A DNA stretch of 64,000 nt from a virus (taxonomy: Duplodnaviria > Caudoviricetes): positions 1 to 64,000 of the IMG/VR virus record IMGVR_UViG_3300029305_005724, one strand, 5' to 3'. Under the pieces are notes generated by a model, which saw only the letters and a program-made list of their open reading frames with translations, was not told where the DNA came from and searched no databases. A program made the translations under genes and the position numbers. Shown here piece by piece: positions 1 to 9,511 of the stretch (positions within the stretch are counted from its first letter, which is position 1; every line of letters begins with the position of its first letter).

Positions 1-21
1 TAAGAAAGAGAGGATTCTTTT

Positions 22-1545
22 ATGGGACAAAGTATAATTAGCCGAAATAACCCTGCTGCTAGCGGGGATAAAATCGGAGATATTAAATTTACTCAGAGAG
101 AATTGAATGATGACTGGGTAAAATGTGATGGATCGATGGTAGATCCTAATGTTATAAGTAATAAGTATGCTAAATTAGCAGAAAGCGATGTATTTATTAA
201 TGGGCAGTGTAAATCAACTAATAATTATTCTATGATGAGTGATAGCATGAAAGCCAAGTATGATACGTGCACTGGTACTTGGGATGGTCTGATATTTTTC
301 TGGGACAATGGCGAGCAGAGAGGTAGCGGATTTATAAATTGCGAAAAAATAGAAGGATATATAAAATTTATTCCTAAAATTATTCTTGAAAATATAAATC
401 TCGATATCATAGAATTAGAACTTCCATCTATTAACATGGGATATACAGATGAAGAGTATCAAGAAGCAGAAACAGAATGGGGTTCATGGTATTCTAATCC
501 TGATATTACTATTAAAGATTGCGTATGTAAAAATAATATTATTGGAGTAGCATTGCATATATATAATAGTTATAGTATATATGGTGAAACTTCTGAGGAT
601 ACTATATATTTAAATACTATTGACATAGCTTCTAATAGCAATACGTATAAGATATGGACTGTTGCATCTTCTAATGGTCATAATAATTTAGTTAATTATT
701 CATATATTAAATTTAGCAAAAATCTTAACAAAGCTATATGTTTCATTGCTGGGGTTGATTATTACGGTGTGCGCAATTCTCTTAATATATATGATTTAAA
801 TAGTTCAACTATACAATATATAAACTTAGATGATTCCGTTTTTTCAATAGATTCTGATGGTACGGCGAATACATGTAGTTGTATACTGTCGGCTACAGAT
901 GAAAATGCATATGCATTACTATATTATAATGGTGATTATATGCCAAATGCCTCTGGTAGCTATGGTAAATATTACTATGCAGCAGTATATTCAACAGACG
1001 GAAGTGTTAGTGAACTATATAATCTCGATCTTAGAGATGGATCTGGTGGCCCAGCATATTCTATAAATAGTGCAACCCCAATTGCAGTAGACGAGTATGG
1101 AAGTGGTATGCTTGTCCATTATGGATATGGAGAAATGGATCATAATGGACGTGCTTATTTATACTATGATAATGAAAATAATGAACTCTCAAGGATTTCT
1201 ATATTTAATAATTATTATGAAAATGCTGCTGATGCTCCCGATTGGGATTATCATAATAAGACAGCGTATGTTTTAGAAAGTAAATATACTAAAGCATATG
1301 TATGTAAAATGACCGGAAGTACAACAGGCTATTTTATAAAAGATATTACAAATCTTAAAAGCTCTGAAATTATTGACTTGCTCAAATTTGATTATTCTCC
1401 TGATGATTCCTGGGCTGCTTCAAGTGACAAATTTGCAGTAAATAAAGATTTCGGCGATGCCTCTATTCTTATTCATAATGGGAAAATTTATGGTCCATCT
1501 TATCCCAATCTCAATGATGAGAATGCATATGTAAAGGTTAAATAA
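22..1545 (+). CDS. Tail-collar-domain fibre / receptor-binding protein, paralog 1 (no homopolymer tract)
   Basis: N-terminal GDIKFTQR..W.KCDG collar-like motif and C-terminal P..P....AYVK shared with paralogs at 2578 and 5724; aromatic/Asn-rich variable middle. Confidence 0.65.
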   Translation: MGQSIISRNNPAASGDKIGDIKFTQRELNDDWVKCDGSMVDPNVISNKYAKLAESDVFINGQCKSTNNYSMMSDSMKAKYDTCTGTWDGLIFFWDNGEQRGSGFINCEKIEGYIKFIPKIILENINLDIIELELPSINMGYTDEEYQEAETEWGSWYSNPDITIKDCVCKNNIIGVALHIYNSYSIYGETSEDTIYLNTIDIASNSNTYKIWTVASSNGHNNLVNYSYIKFSKNLNKAICFIAGVDYYGVRNSLNIYDLNSSTIQYINLDDSVFSIDSDGTANTCSCILSATDENAYALLYYNGDYMPNASGSYGKYYYAAVYSTDGSVSELYNLDLRDGSGGPAYSINSATPIAVDEYGSGMLVHYGYGEMDHNGRAYLYYDNENNELSRISIFNNYYENAADAPDWDYHNKTAYVLESKYTKAYVCKMTGSTTGYFIKDITNLKSSEIIDLLKFDYSPDDSWAASSDKFAVNKDFGDASILIHNGKIYGPSYPNLNDENAYVKVK

Positions 1546-1564
1546 AGCATAATAAAAATCAAAA

Positions 1565-1594
1565 TACCCGTAGTAGAATAATCTACTACGGGTA
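1565..1594. terminator. Bidirectional intrinsic terminator
   Basis: tacccgtagtaga-ataa-tctactacgggta hairpin between convergent genes, T-run following. Confidence 0.8.
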
Positions 1595-1603
1595 ATCTTT
1601 TTT

Positions 1604-2260
1604 TTATTTCTTCTTATTATAATTTCTCTTCTTAGGAGTTGTAGCATCTACATTTGCAACAACTACTTCATCACTAGAAGCATTAGTGGTCACAGACTCG
1701 ATTTCTGCCGGAACTACATCTTCAGCAGTGGTAATATAACCACTAGTTACATAGTCAGAACTATCTGCGCTGGAAAGCTCAGAATCTACATCCTTAGCAT
1801 CTTCAATTTTAATATCTTCAGCAGTAGTAATATTATCAGTTTCTGCAACAGAGCTATCAGTAGTATTGTTTTCATCTACTTTAACTTCAGGCTGCTCTAC
1901 AAATTCAACCTTCTGTACAGGCTCTGCCATCTTAGGAGCTACTTCCTCATCAACCTTCTTTTCTGCCATAGCTTTCTTCGAAGTTACCTTCTTGGTTGTA
2001 TCTACTACAGTTTTATTCATAGGCTGATCAAGAGTCGGCTTCTTCATAAGATGAGAATTATCAGTATAATAATTGCTCATATTAAGTCTGACAAGTGTTC
2101 CATCATCAAGAACCTCGTCAACAATAGCTCTCTTACAAAGGCAAGAAAGAATCTCTCCACTAGTAAGATATACTCCATTATATGTACCATAAAGGGGAGG
2201 AGTAAAATTACGGAGTGCTACCGTAGTTTTGATATTTACCTTTTTTCTCATAATGGCCAT
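1604..2260 (-). CDS. Hypothetical protein with acidic/low-complexity C-terminus
   Basis: ORF; start MAIMRKK preceded by AAGGAGG. Confidence 0.7.
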   Translation of the reverse strand: MAIMRKKVNIKTTVALRNFTPPLYGTYNGVYLTSGEILSCLCKRAIVDEVLDDGTLVRLNMSNYYTDNSHLMKKPTLDQPMNKTVVDTTKKVTSKKAMAEKKVDEEVAPKMAEPVQKVEFVEQPEVKVDENNTTDSSVAETDNITTAEDIKIEDAKDVDSELSSADSSDYVTSGYITTAEDVVPAEIESVTTNASSDEVVVANVDATTPKKRNYNKKK

Positions 2261-2261
2261 A

Positions 2262-2402
2262 TTAGTTAGCCTCCTTATCTTCAACTTTTTCAAGATCACG
2301 CTGATCTGTAAGATTATCTACGAAGTCAAATTCGTCACTTACGACAGCGATAAATTTATCAGATTCCATCTGCTCAAATAAAGCCTTTTCAACGTTATTC
2401 AT
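2262..2402 (-). CDS. Small acidic protein (46 aa, MNNVEKALFEQMESDK...), below ORF-track cutoff
   Basis: AAGGAGA RBS, AACA-N6-TA motif at 2429-2440 upstream, stop abuts next gene's start. Confidence 0.65.
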   Translation of the reverse strand: MNNVEKALFEQMESDKFIAVVSDEFDFVDNLTDQRDLEKVEDKEAN

Positions 2403-2504
2403 AAGACACGAATCTCCTTTCTTTAACTTAATACAATGTTCGCTTTATGAGGCTTTACGGAGAAAATTATACAAATGCTATATAAAGTTTAATGATATTT
2501 TCTC

Positions 2505-2516
2505 AACATTTTATTA
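2505..2516 (+). promoter_or_regulatory. AR9-type late promoter motif AACA-N6-TA (representative)
   Basis: Also at 2429-(minus), 5806-(minus), 11148-(minus), 15201-(minus), 15266, 17644, 18955, 21300-(minus), 27259, 31781, 36191, 37807, 39049, 54023, 56838, 58487-(minus), 58523, 58690, 61505; each oriented toward a downstream gene or RNA. Confidence 0.75.
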
Positions 2517-2577
2517 ATGAGGCGGTGGATAATATAATTATCCACCGCTATTTATTTTTGAAAGTGAGGATTTTAAT

Positions 2578-4004
2578 ATGGCTAATGCAATTCTAAGCCG
2601 AGGAAACTCCCCTATCAGGGGGGGGGGGGTAAAATAGGCGATATTAAGTACACTCAGCGTACATTAACCCCTGATTGGAAAAGGTGCGATGGTACACTTA
2701 TCGATTATATTGATATATCTCCAGAATATGCTGCACTTGCAGATGGGGATGTGTTTACTAGCGGAGAGTGTAAAACCTATCTAAATAACTATTCCAGAAT
2801 GTCTCAACAGATGAAAGACTTGTATGACTCTAAAGAGCATAGTAACGATAATTATATCTTCTTCTGGGACAATGGAAATAACCAAGGCTGTGGATTCTTG
2901 TATGAAGAATGGTCTGCAGTTCATTTTTCAAGATATATTCATATAGTCTTTGAAAAAATTGATAAAACTATTGTCGATATGAATACATTAATAGATGCTG
3001 GTAACTTTATGACTGTTGAAGATTGGAAAGGCTCACTATATTATGGATCTGAATCTCCAATATATACAAGCTTAGTGCATATATGTACATACAGAACTTG
3101 TAATAATAATTTCGCCATATTGCTTCATACGTATAAAGACTATATTAATCAAAATGGTGAAGTTTGCATTGACAATGTATATTTCTGTGGTTTAAATTTA
3201 GAAACTGGTGTATCGAATTTTAGAGTTTCTAGCACTCTAGCAGATGGTGGTGGATATGGTTCTGATATCAATAATCATAGATTTGCAATTTCAAAAAATT
3301 GTGATTCGGCATTATATATAAGTATATGGGATGTTATTGAGCATAATGATCATAAACCCGGTGTTATTAGTATAAGATTTACAAATAATATGGCATATAT
3401 TAGTGATTTTTTGTATGATTCATGGTTTAACCTGCCGCAATATTCAGACACATCATTAGTTGTAACAGAAAACGATTGCTATGGAATTGTACGATCTTAT
3501 AAAAATGATGATATTTTAGATAGTCAAGTATATCTATTTTATAGCAATAGAGATCCTATTGAATTTGAGGATGATTTTGTTGATATAGTGTTTACAAATG
3601 GTTATGCTTTACTGCATAATAATATCCCATATGTTTCTTATACTGCAACAGATTCAGCTTTAAGTACAAACGAGTACTTGATAAATATGATAGATAATAG
3701 CACTATAGTTCTTAGTTCTAGAATGGCTATTAATACTTATAAATACTATTTAGAATCTGATTATTATGAGAAAAAATATTTGATTAATAATATTGGTAGG
3801 GCTGTTGAAATTTCAGACTCTATATCTCTAGAAGAGATTGTAAATAAAGCAATGTCTGGCGGTGATATATCTTTAAATAGAAAACTCGTAAAAGAATATC
3901 AATTTGGTAATGAAAAATTTCTTTATTTTCCGAAAGATAAATCACTTTTTGGTCCTTCGCTTCCAGATGATGATTCTGGATATGCGTATGTAAAGACGGA
4001 ATAA
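2578..4004 (+). pseudogene. Tail-collar fibre paralog 2, frameshifted (phase-OFF) at a G12 tract
   Basis: ATG 2578 (MANAILSRGNSPIRGGG) runs into TAG 2635-2637; the -1 frame continues KIGDIKYTQRTLTPDWKRCDG into ORF 2751..4004; G10 or G13 restores one gene. Confidence 0.85.
2618..2629 (+). repeat. Poly-G (G12) slippage tract
   Basis: Directly visible; unusual in an AT-rich genome. Confidence 0.95.
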
Positions 4005-4043
4005 TATATAAATTCCTTTTATAATATGCAATAAATTAAAAAT

Positions 4044-4071
4044 CCCCATAGAGGTTTCGGCCTCTATGGGG
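4044..4071. terminator. Intrinsic terminator hairpin
   Basis: ccccatagagg-tttcgg-cctctatgggg. Confidence 0.75.
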
Positions 4072-4191
4072 TATATTATCTATAGAGAGGAATTTACGTA
4101 ACACCCCTGTCAGTAAATATCTATAGGTAATATCAAAAAGAAAGAGGTGGATAGTTTATTTATCCACCTCCAATAAATTAATATAAAAATA

Positions 4192-5724
4192 TTATTTTAC
4201 TTTTACATGACCATATGTATACGTGGGAAGAGTTGGAATTGATTCCAGATTGGTAACTATACAGTTTTGAAACCACAATTCATCAGCATCTCCAAAATCT
4301 AGATCTGCATTATTTAGGGTTTCGAAACGTTTTGAACTGATTTTGTAATTATTAAGGTCTAAATTATTGATGTCTCCATCCTTGATATACCACAAATATG
4401 TGCTGGAATCATCAGTATATGCAAGATAATATTTATCCTTATAATGAATACTAAAGCATTCAACACCAGTATATCCATAATAATCGGTAATTAAAAACGG
4501 ATGATTTGCATCAACGTCCACAGCATTTATTTCATTTCCTTCATTATTACAAATAGAAAGCGTATTAGCAGTATAATTAGCATTAATTATATAAATATTA
4601 TTATTTATGATAAAGAAAATAGGAAGTGTAGAGTTATCATTTAACACAATCATAGAACCATTTTTTGTGCAACATCCTGATCCTGGATTTACATACGATC
4701 TCCAAGTATTATTATTTTCATATTTTGAATGAGAATAGATTGTATTGGTTAATATATCCCCATCGTAATCTAATGTAAAACTATACCAAGGACTATCATC
4801 TGTAACTCCATATACTGGTATTATAGTTGAAAAGCTGTTATTGCTAAAATTCATGCCTATAGAGTTAGGATGACTAAATGATGCTCCATAGCCATCATTA
4901 ATATCAATATCTATATCTGTTTTTATATCAAATATAAAAGAACTATTTTTATCAATTGTATTCAACACAGAGCTTCTTAATTCGATTCTAAAATTAAGTT
5001 TTTCTTCAATATTTGACTCATAAGCTTGATCTATCGTTTCACTGGATAAATTTCCACAAACAGCGGCCGAGTCATCTTTAACATATGATATAGATTGTAT
5101 AGCATTATAATTATCATCAGTAAATACGACATTTATCATAAATAGCCTAATATCTATACATATAGTACTATTATTTAAATTAAACTGATCGTCCTGAACC
5201 CAGTTTAATTCTAAATTTATTTCGCTACTATTAGCCATTGCTACTATAATAAGTGTTCTTGAACTTTTGTCTAATCTATGAGCTATGATTTTAATATTAC
5301 TACCAGGGATGGATGAATCTCCAAAAATACCTCTGGTTTCTTTAACACCATTATTTATCATAGCAATACTTAGTCCTTCTTGATAATTTAACAGAGCATA
5401 GCGAATAAAATTGTCACTGTCTATATAATAATTTTGATCGAAGAAACTAAATGATTCCTCTGGATTAAGGGTTGTTAAATCAAAATCCTCATATCCTATA
5501 TATTTTTCATTTATCGTAGAATCCAATAGATCCTTTGTTCCGGCAGAATCTTTCGAAACTAAATTCATATATTCTTCACTGGCTCTATCAAGATCTATCT
5601 CAGAGCCATCACATTCTAAAAGTCCATCTTCGAGGTCAGTACGTTGCGTGAACTTAATATCACCGATGTACCCCCCCCCCTGAGATGTTTTCGTACTTCG
5701 GCTAATTATCATTCCATGTGCCAT
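4192..5724 (-). CDS. Tail-collar fibre paralog 3, in frame (phase-ON) through a G10 tract
   Basis: MAHGMIISRSTKTSQGGGYIGDIKFTQR...ECDG; C-terminus PTLP...GHVKVK. Confidence 0.7.
   Translation of the reverse strand: MAHGMIISRSTKTSQGGGYIGDIKFTQRTDLEDGLLECDGSEIDLDRASEEYMNLVSKDSAGTKDLLDSTINEKYIGYEDFDLTTLNPEESFSFFDQNYYIDSDNFIRYALLNYQEGLSIAMINNGVKETRGIFGDSSIPGSNIKIIAHRLDKSSRTLIIVAMANSSEINLELNWVQDDQFNLNNSTICIDIRLFMINVVFTDDNYNAIQSISYVKDDSAAVCGNLSSETIDQAYESNIEEKLNFRIELRSSVLNTIDKNSSFIFDIKTDIDIDINDGYGASFSHPNSIGMNFSNNSFSTIIPVYGVTDDSPWYSFTLDYDGDILTNTIYSHSKYENNNTWRSYVNPGSGCCTKNGSMIVLNDNSTLPIFFIINNNIYIINANYTANTLSICNNEGNEINAVDVDANHPFLITDYYGYTGVECFSIHYKDKYYLAYTDDSSTYLWYIKDGDINNLDLNNYKISSKRFETLNNADLDFGDADELWFQNCIVTNLESIPTLPTYTYGHVKVK
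5671..5680 (-). repeat. Poly-G (G10 on the coding strand) slippage tract
   Basis: C10 on + strand, same position relative to the GDIK motif as the G12 tract. Confidence 0.95.
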
Positions 5725-5829
5725 AAAAGTTTCCTCACTTTCATTTATATTTTATAAAAAAAAATAAATAAGAGATGGTAAATATGTTTACCACCTCCAG
5801 AATTTTATTAAAATGTTCAAATCATAAAA

Positions 5830-5861
5830 AAGAAAGGAGAGTAATATTACTCTCCTTTCTT
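5830..5861 (-). terminator. Terminator closing the RAMP + repeat-RNA unit
   Basis: Perfect palindrome aagaaaggagagtaat/attactctcctttctt with a T-run on the minus strand. Confidence 0.8.
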
Positions 5862-6545
5862 CCGTTCAGATACTCTGCTGTCCACAACTGTACTGGTCGG
5901 AGCTCAGCCGATTCAAGTCGCTAGTTTTCTGTGATGTTCTCTTCTTTCCCGTATCTATTCCGCTACTTTCGTAGGCTTTCTTCGCCTCTCCTTTTCGAAA
6001 CATTACGTGACTTTTCCATCCCAACTCAGCTCTCGTTATTTCTTATGCTTGCTCCTCCCTATCGACGCAATTCTGCAGATCTCCCTGCCTCTCCATATCT
6101 AAACTTTTCAGATTGAGCTATTTCGTCTGCTAGGCATGTCTTTTCCTGCTCGCTTAACCTCAAATCTGATCCTTTGCCGCGCGTTTTGTTTCCTGTCGTC
6201 GCCATCCCATGGCTCCTCACTACTTCTCCACGCCACTCGGTTCGCTTGAGTATCTTATCTAATCCACCTCATTTGAGTTTAGATCATCTAACTTCCCAGC
6301 TTCCCCGTAGCCTTTCGCCGTGACTCATTTTGAATCCACGCCATTCCATGGCTATTCAAGACTAGTATGTTCAACTCCGCTTCAATTTTTGTCTTTTCAA
6401 ATCTAGTCCATCTCTAGTGAACTCCCGTCAACTCCTAGCCATTTCTTTTATCGGCTGATTGTCTCCGGTCTACTCCACATCACGTCGGATGCATTCGATT
6501 AAACTCCTCGCCTTTCCATCTGACTTCCCAGCGTTTCCGTATCTT
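5862..6545 (-). ncRNA. Candidate RAMP-associated degenerate repeat RNA array
   Basis: Non-coding, GC-richer than flanks, purine-rich on minus strand, apparent ~5-nt periodicity, recurring 10-14 nt blocks; lies between the RAMP stop and a terminator. Confidence 0.55.
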
Positions 6546-6606
6546 TTTAATAAACCTGAAGAATATTCTTACGGTTTGAAATAATTCTTCTCTTAATCAG
6601 AATATA

Positions 6607-7521
6607 TTAGTCTTCAGATTTATCTACAGTATAAGGAAGATATCTTTCATCAATCTCTCTCCAACGGCAAATTCCAAGACCAGAATTTCTCCATCCAGAA
6701 AGCCCATGTACTGCTGCATAATTAAGCCACTCAATAATAGCGGGCTTAAACTTCAACGAAGTCATACCGATAGTAAATCTGATACGGCTTCCCGCGGGAA
6801 TCATTTCGCTAGCGGCAATTGCAACTCTTTCACCACTAGGACCACTTGTTCGAAGACAACGCTGAACAATTCTAAGATTTCCATTTTCATCTCTTGAAGG
6901 AATCATGGTGACTCCGTCATCGTCAAGATAAAAATCAGGAATCTTAATAGGAATGCGTCGAGGAAATACAAAAATGCATCCATCGACGACCTTTTTATAG
7001 GCTTTAATTTTAGAAGATTCTGTTGCGGTGGATTTCTTTCCATTCTCATCAGTATCTTCTGCTTTAGACAGCAATCCACAAGAATCTTTAAAGAATCCGC
7101 GAAGCTGATAATTGTAGTAGAAAGGCATGTTTTCTTTCTTCTCATAAATACGAGGATTAGTCACATCGTCTCTACTCTTCTTACGATAGTATTTTTCATC
7201 TATGATCTCAATATCAGAATCGAGAGTATCCTCAAATTTCTGCAAACTGGTATCATAGAGAAATGTACCTTTAGGATATACGCAAAGCTGCTTATCCATA
7301 ACACCATCAGTGCCAATAGCAGCAATCTCTTCTTCCATAGACCTTGCATCAGGTGCCTTGGAAGCTATGTATTCGCCCAGAATATCTTTATTATTAGGGC
7401 TTGTTCCGAGTGCTTTTTCAAGCCACTCCATTTCCACATGCATGTAGTGCATAGGAATTTTGAGTTCTGCTGTAGAGCTCCATGCTCCGCCATTTACGAT
7501 AGTTGTTTCTTTAGTACTCAT
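6607..7521 (-). CDS. Stand-alone Cas7/RAMP-like protein
   Basis: N-terminal beta-strand + LGT.P, 'YQLRGFFKD' helix, QR.LR...G.R..IA.SE.IPAG, C-terminal Gly-rich loop HGLSGWRNSGLG; start MSTKE with RBS. Confidence 0.7.
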   Translation of the reverse strand: MSTKETTIVNGGAWSSTAELKIPMHYMHVEMEWLEKALGTSPNNKDILGEYIASKAPDARSMEEEIAAIGTDGVMDKQLCVYPKGTFLYDTSLQKFEDTLDSDIEIIDEKYYRKKSRDDVTNPRIYEKKENMPFYYNYQLRGFFKDSCGLLSKAEDTDENGKKSTATESSKIKAYKKVVDGCIFVFPRRIPIKIPDFYLDDDGVTMIPSRDENGNLRIVQRCLRTSGPSGERVAIAASEMIPAGSRIRFTIGMTSLKFKPAIIEWLNYAAVHGLSGWRNSGLGICRWREIDERYLPYTVDKSED

Positions 7522-7709
7522 TTTTCTTCTCCTTTTCATTTGGTAGTTTTAGGATTTTACAAAGGATAGTTGTACTATTTTCTATCTTTGTCAATATTAT
7601 AATATATGATGGAAATTTAATTTCAAATAAGCATATACTATATTTATAGAAAGGGCGTAATCTAAAGCCCTAAAAATATCCACAAAAATAAAATAAAGGA
7701 GAATGAAAA

Positions 7710-7991
7710 ATGTCAACAGTTATTCATGTACACGCAACCCCAGGAGATTCTATTTTTGAAATTGATTACCATTTCGATAAGCCTATTGAATGGACAATCG
7801 ACCGAATTGAGGCTGACAAATTCAGTATCAAATATCATCTTACTCGTCCATATGCTATCACAAAAACTATAGGTAACACATGTATCAATAATGAAGATAA
7901 TCCTTCATGCCGATACTATACGAGTTTGGAAAAAGCATGTGAAATTAATAAGAAAGCCCACAAATATTACATTGAGCAAAAAGGAGAATGA
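7710..7991 (+). CDS. Hypothetical early protein
   Basis: AAGGAGA RBS; shares PGD.I.E....PI.WTI..VE domain with next gene. Confidence 0.75.
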   Translation: MSTVIHVHATPGDSIFEIDYHFDKPIEWTIDRIEADKFSIKYHLTRPYAITKTIGNTCINNEDNPSCRYYTSLEKACEINKKAHKYYIEQKGE

Positions 7992-7994
7992 AAA

Positions 7995-8465
7995 ATGAAA
8001 CACGCATGTTTAATCAGTTACAGCCACCACACTTTTAAGTACCCTAAGACAGTTATTATATGGGTCAACAAAGAAAACAAAAGCGATATCAGAGAGTTCT
8101 TTGAAGAAGCAAGAAAGGTTATAGCAAGGCTTGAAGGCTTTCCTAGTAGCGAGATTGCTCTTCTTACAACAAATTATCTTGGAGCGTCTGTAGATACTAT
8201 TGTATCTTATGGCTTTGGAGATGCATATGTATTCAAAGCACATCCTGGAGATATTATGTATGAGGTGACCGATGACCTCCCACTTCCAATTCATTGGACT
8301 ATAGAGTCTGTTGAACTTCATTCAGAAAAAGTTGTTTACAAGCTCGTAAACAATAGAACTGGAAAGAGCAAGTATATCGATTCTTCTCTCGTAAATACAG
8401 ATAAGAATTTTTATACAAGACGAGATCAAGCTTTCAAAATCTGCGAAGATCGTAGAAATAAATAA
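7995..8465 (+). CDS. Hypothetical early protein (C-terminal half paralogous to 7710 ORF)
   Basis: RBS, shared motif. Confidence 0.75.
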   Translation: MKHACLISYSHHTFKYPKTVIIWVNKENKSDIREFFEEARKVIARLEGFPSSEIALLTTNYLGASVDTIVSYGFGDAYVFKAHPGDIMYEVTDDLPLPIHWTIESVELHSEKVVYKLVNNRTGKSKYIDSSLVNTDKNFYTRRDQAFKICEDRRNK

Positions 8466-8501
8466 TTAAATTGACTACCAAATAAAATAGTCATAAGGAG
8501 A

Positions 8502-8966
8502 ATGGAAATGATTAAGTTAGAGTACACAAAAAGAGAACTTGAGAAACTTCACGAATTTCTCAAAGATCGTATAGATCAACTTGTATTTGATTCAGTTGAT
8601 CAAATTGAGATAGAGGATGACATTGTATATATCAGCATTAACTTTTTGGTTAATCATGGTATAGAAACATTTGCTTCCGTCATCTATATGGATACAGCAG
8701 AGGATTATGATACAATCAGATTTGATTTTGATAGAGCTTACAGGGTTGATGTAACAAATGGCGATCCTACTTATAAATATGAAGAGGATTGTCTCTACTT
8801 ACCTTGTAGCAGACTAAGTACTGATTGCGTTGATTTTAACTTTGCAAAACATAAAATTCGCAACATTTTTCAAGCTTCAGAAAAATCTGAAAATGATGAA
8901 ACCGTTGATTATTTGGCAATTCCTTTTCATTTTGCTAAGTTTAAAAATGGAAGAGTAATTTTCTAA
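8502..8966 (+). CDS. Hypothetical protein, tandem family member 1
   Basis: ORF with RBS; YDTIRFDFDRA ... YLAIPF. Confidence 0.75.
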   Translation: MEMIKLEYTKRELEKLHEFLKDRIDQLVFDSVDQIEIEDDIVYISINFLVNHGIETFASVIYMDTAEDYDTIRFDFDRAYRVDVTNGDPTYKYEEDCLYLPCSRLSTDCVDFNFAKHKIRNIFQASEKSENDETVDYLAIPFHFAKFKNGRVIF

Positions 8967-8983
8967 AACCAGGAGGAAAGAAA

Positions 8984-9511
8984 ATGCAATTTACAAAAGA
9001 ATTTTATGAAAGCGATGCTTTTATCGGAAATTTGGATAAAGCGTTAAAGAAATTCCTTGTTTCAGACTTTAATAAAGATAGAAAATCTATTATTGTCAGA
9101 AATGAGAGCAATAATATTCATGCATATCTTATTTCTCAGAGATTTACATTTTTGCATGAAAATTTTACATTTTCTCATAATTTCCATCTGAGTAAAGATT
9201 ATGAGGATTTCGATCTTATTGAAGTAAAGTTCGATATCGATCATGCTTCAAAGGTGTTATTCCGTAGTAATAATATCCCTCAACTAAAACTCGATAATGA
9301 CTGTTCATTATTTATGGATAGGGAAACAGTTGGTGGCTTGAGTTCTCAAGCACTTTACATTCCTATTAAATACCCCAAAGAAGCATACCTGCTTACTGAA
9401 ACTGAAGATCAGTTTATTGTAGGTATTACGTGTCCTTTGGTTGGAGAACTTGAGTTTGAGTTTTTGAAAATACCATATACATATGAAAAGAAAAGGAAGG
9501 AAATAAAATGA
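8984..9511 (+). CDS. Hypothetical protein, tandem family member 2
   Basis: FDLIEVKFDIDHA ... FLKIPYTY. Confidence 0.75.
   Translation: MQFTKEFYESDAFIGNLDKALKKFLVSDFNKDRKSIIVRNESNNIHAYLISQRFTFLHENFTFSHNFHLSKDYEDFDLIEVKFDIDHASKVLFRSNNIPQLKLDNDCSLFMDRETVGGLSSQALYIPIKYPKEAYLLTETEDQFIVGITCPLVGELEFEFLKIPYTYEKKRKEIK

Noticed and set aside
22-5724. DGR or invertase-driven shufflon acting on the fibre genes
   Set aside because: No reverse transcriptase, TR/VR pair, recombinase or clear crossover inverted repeats seen in the window.
5862-6545. Canonical CRISPR array or protein-coding gene (ORF 5931..6116)
   Set aside because: No identical 25-40 nt repeats; the ORF lacks an RBS and mirrors the low-complexity composition.
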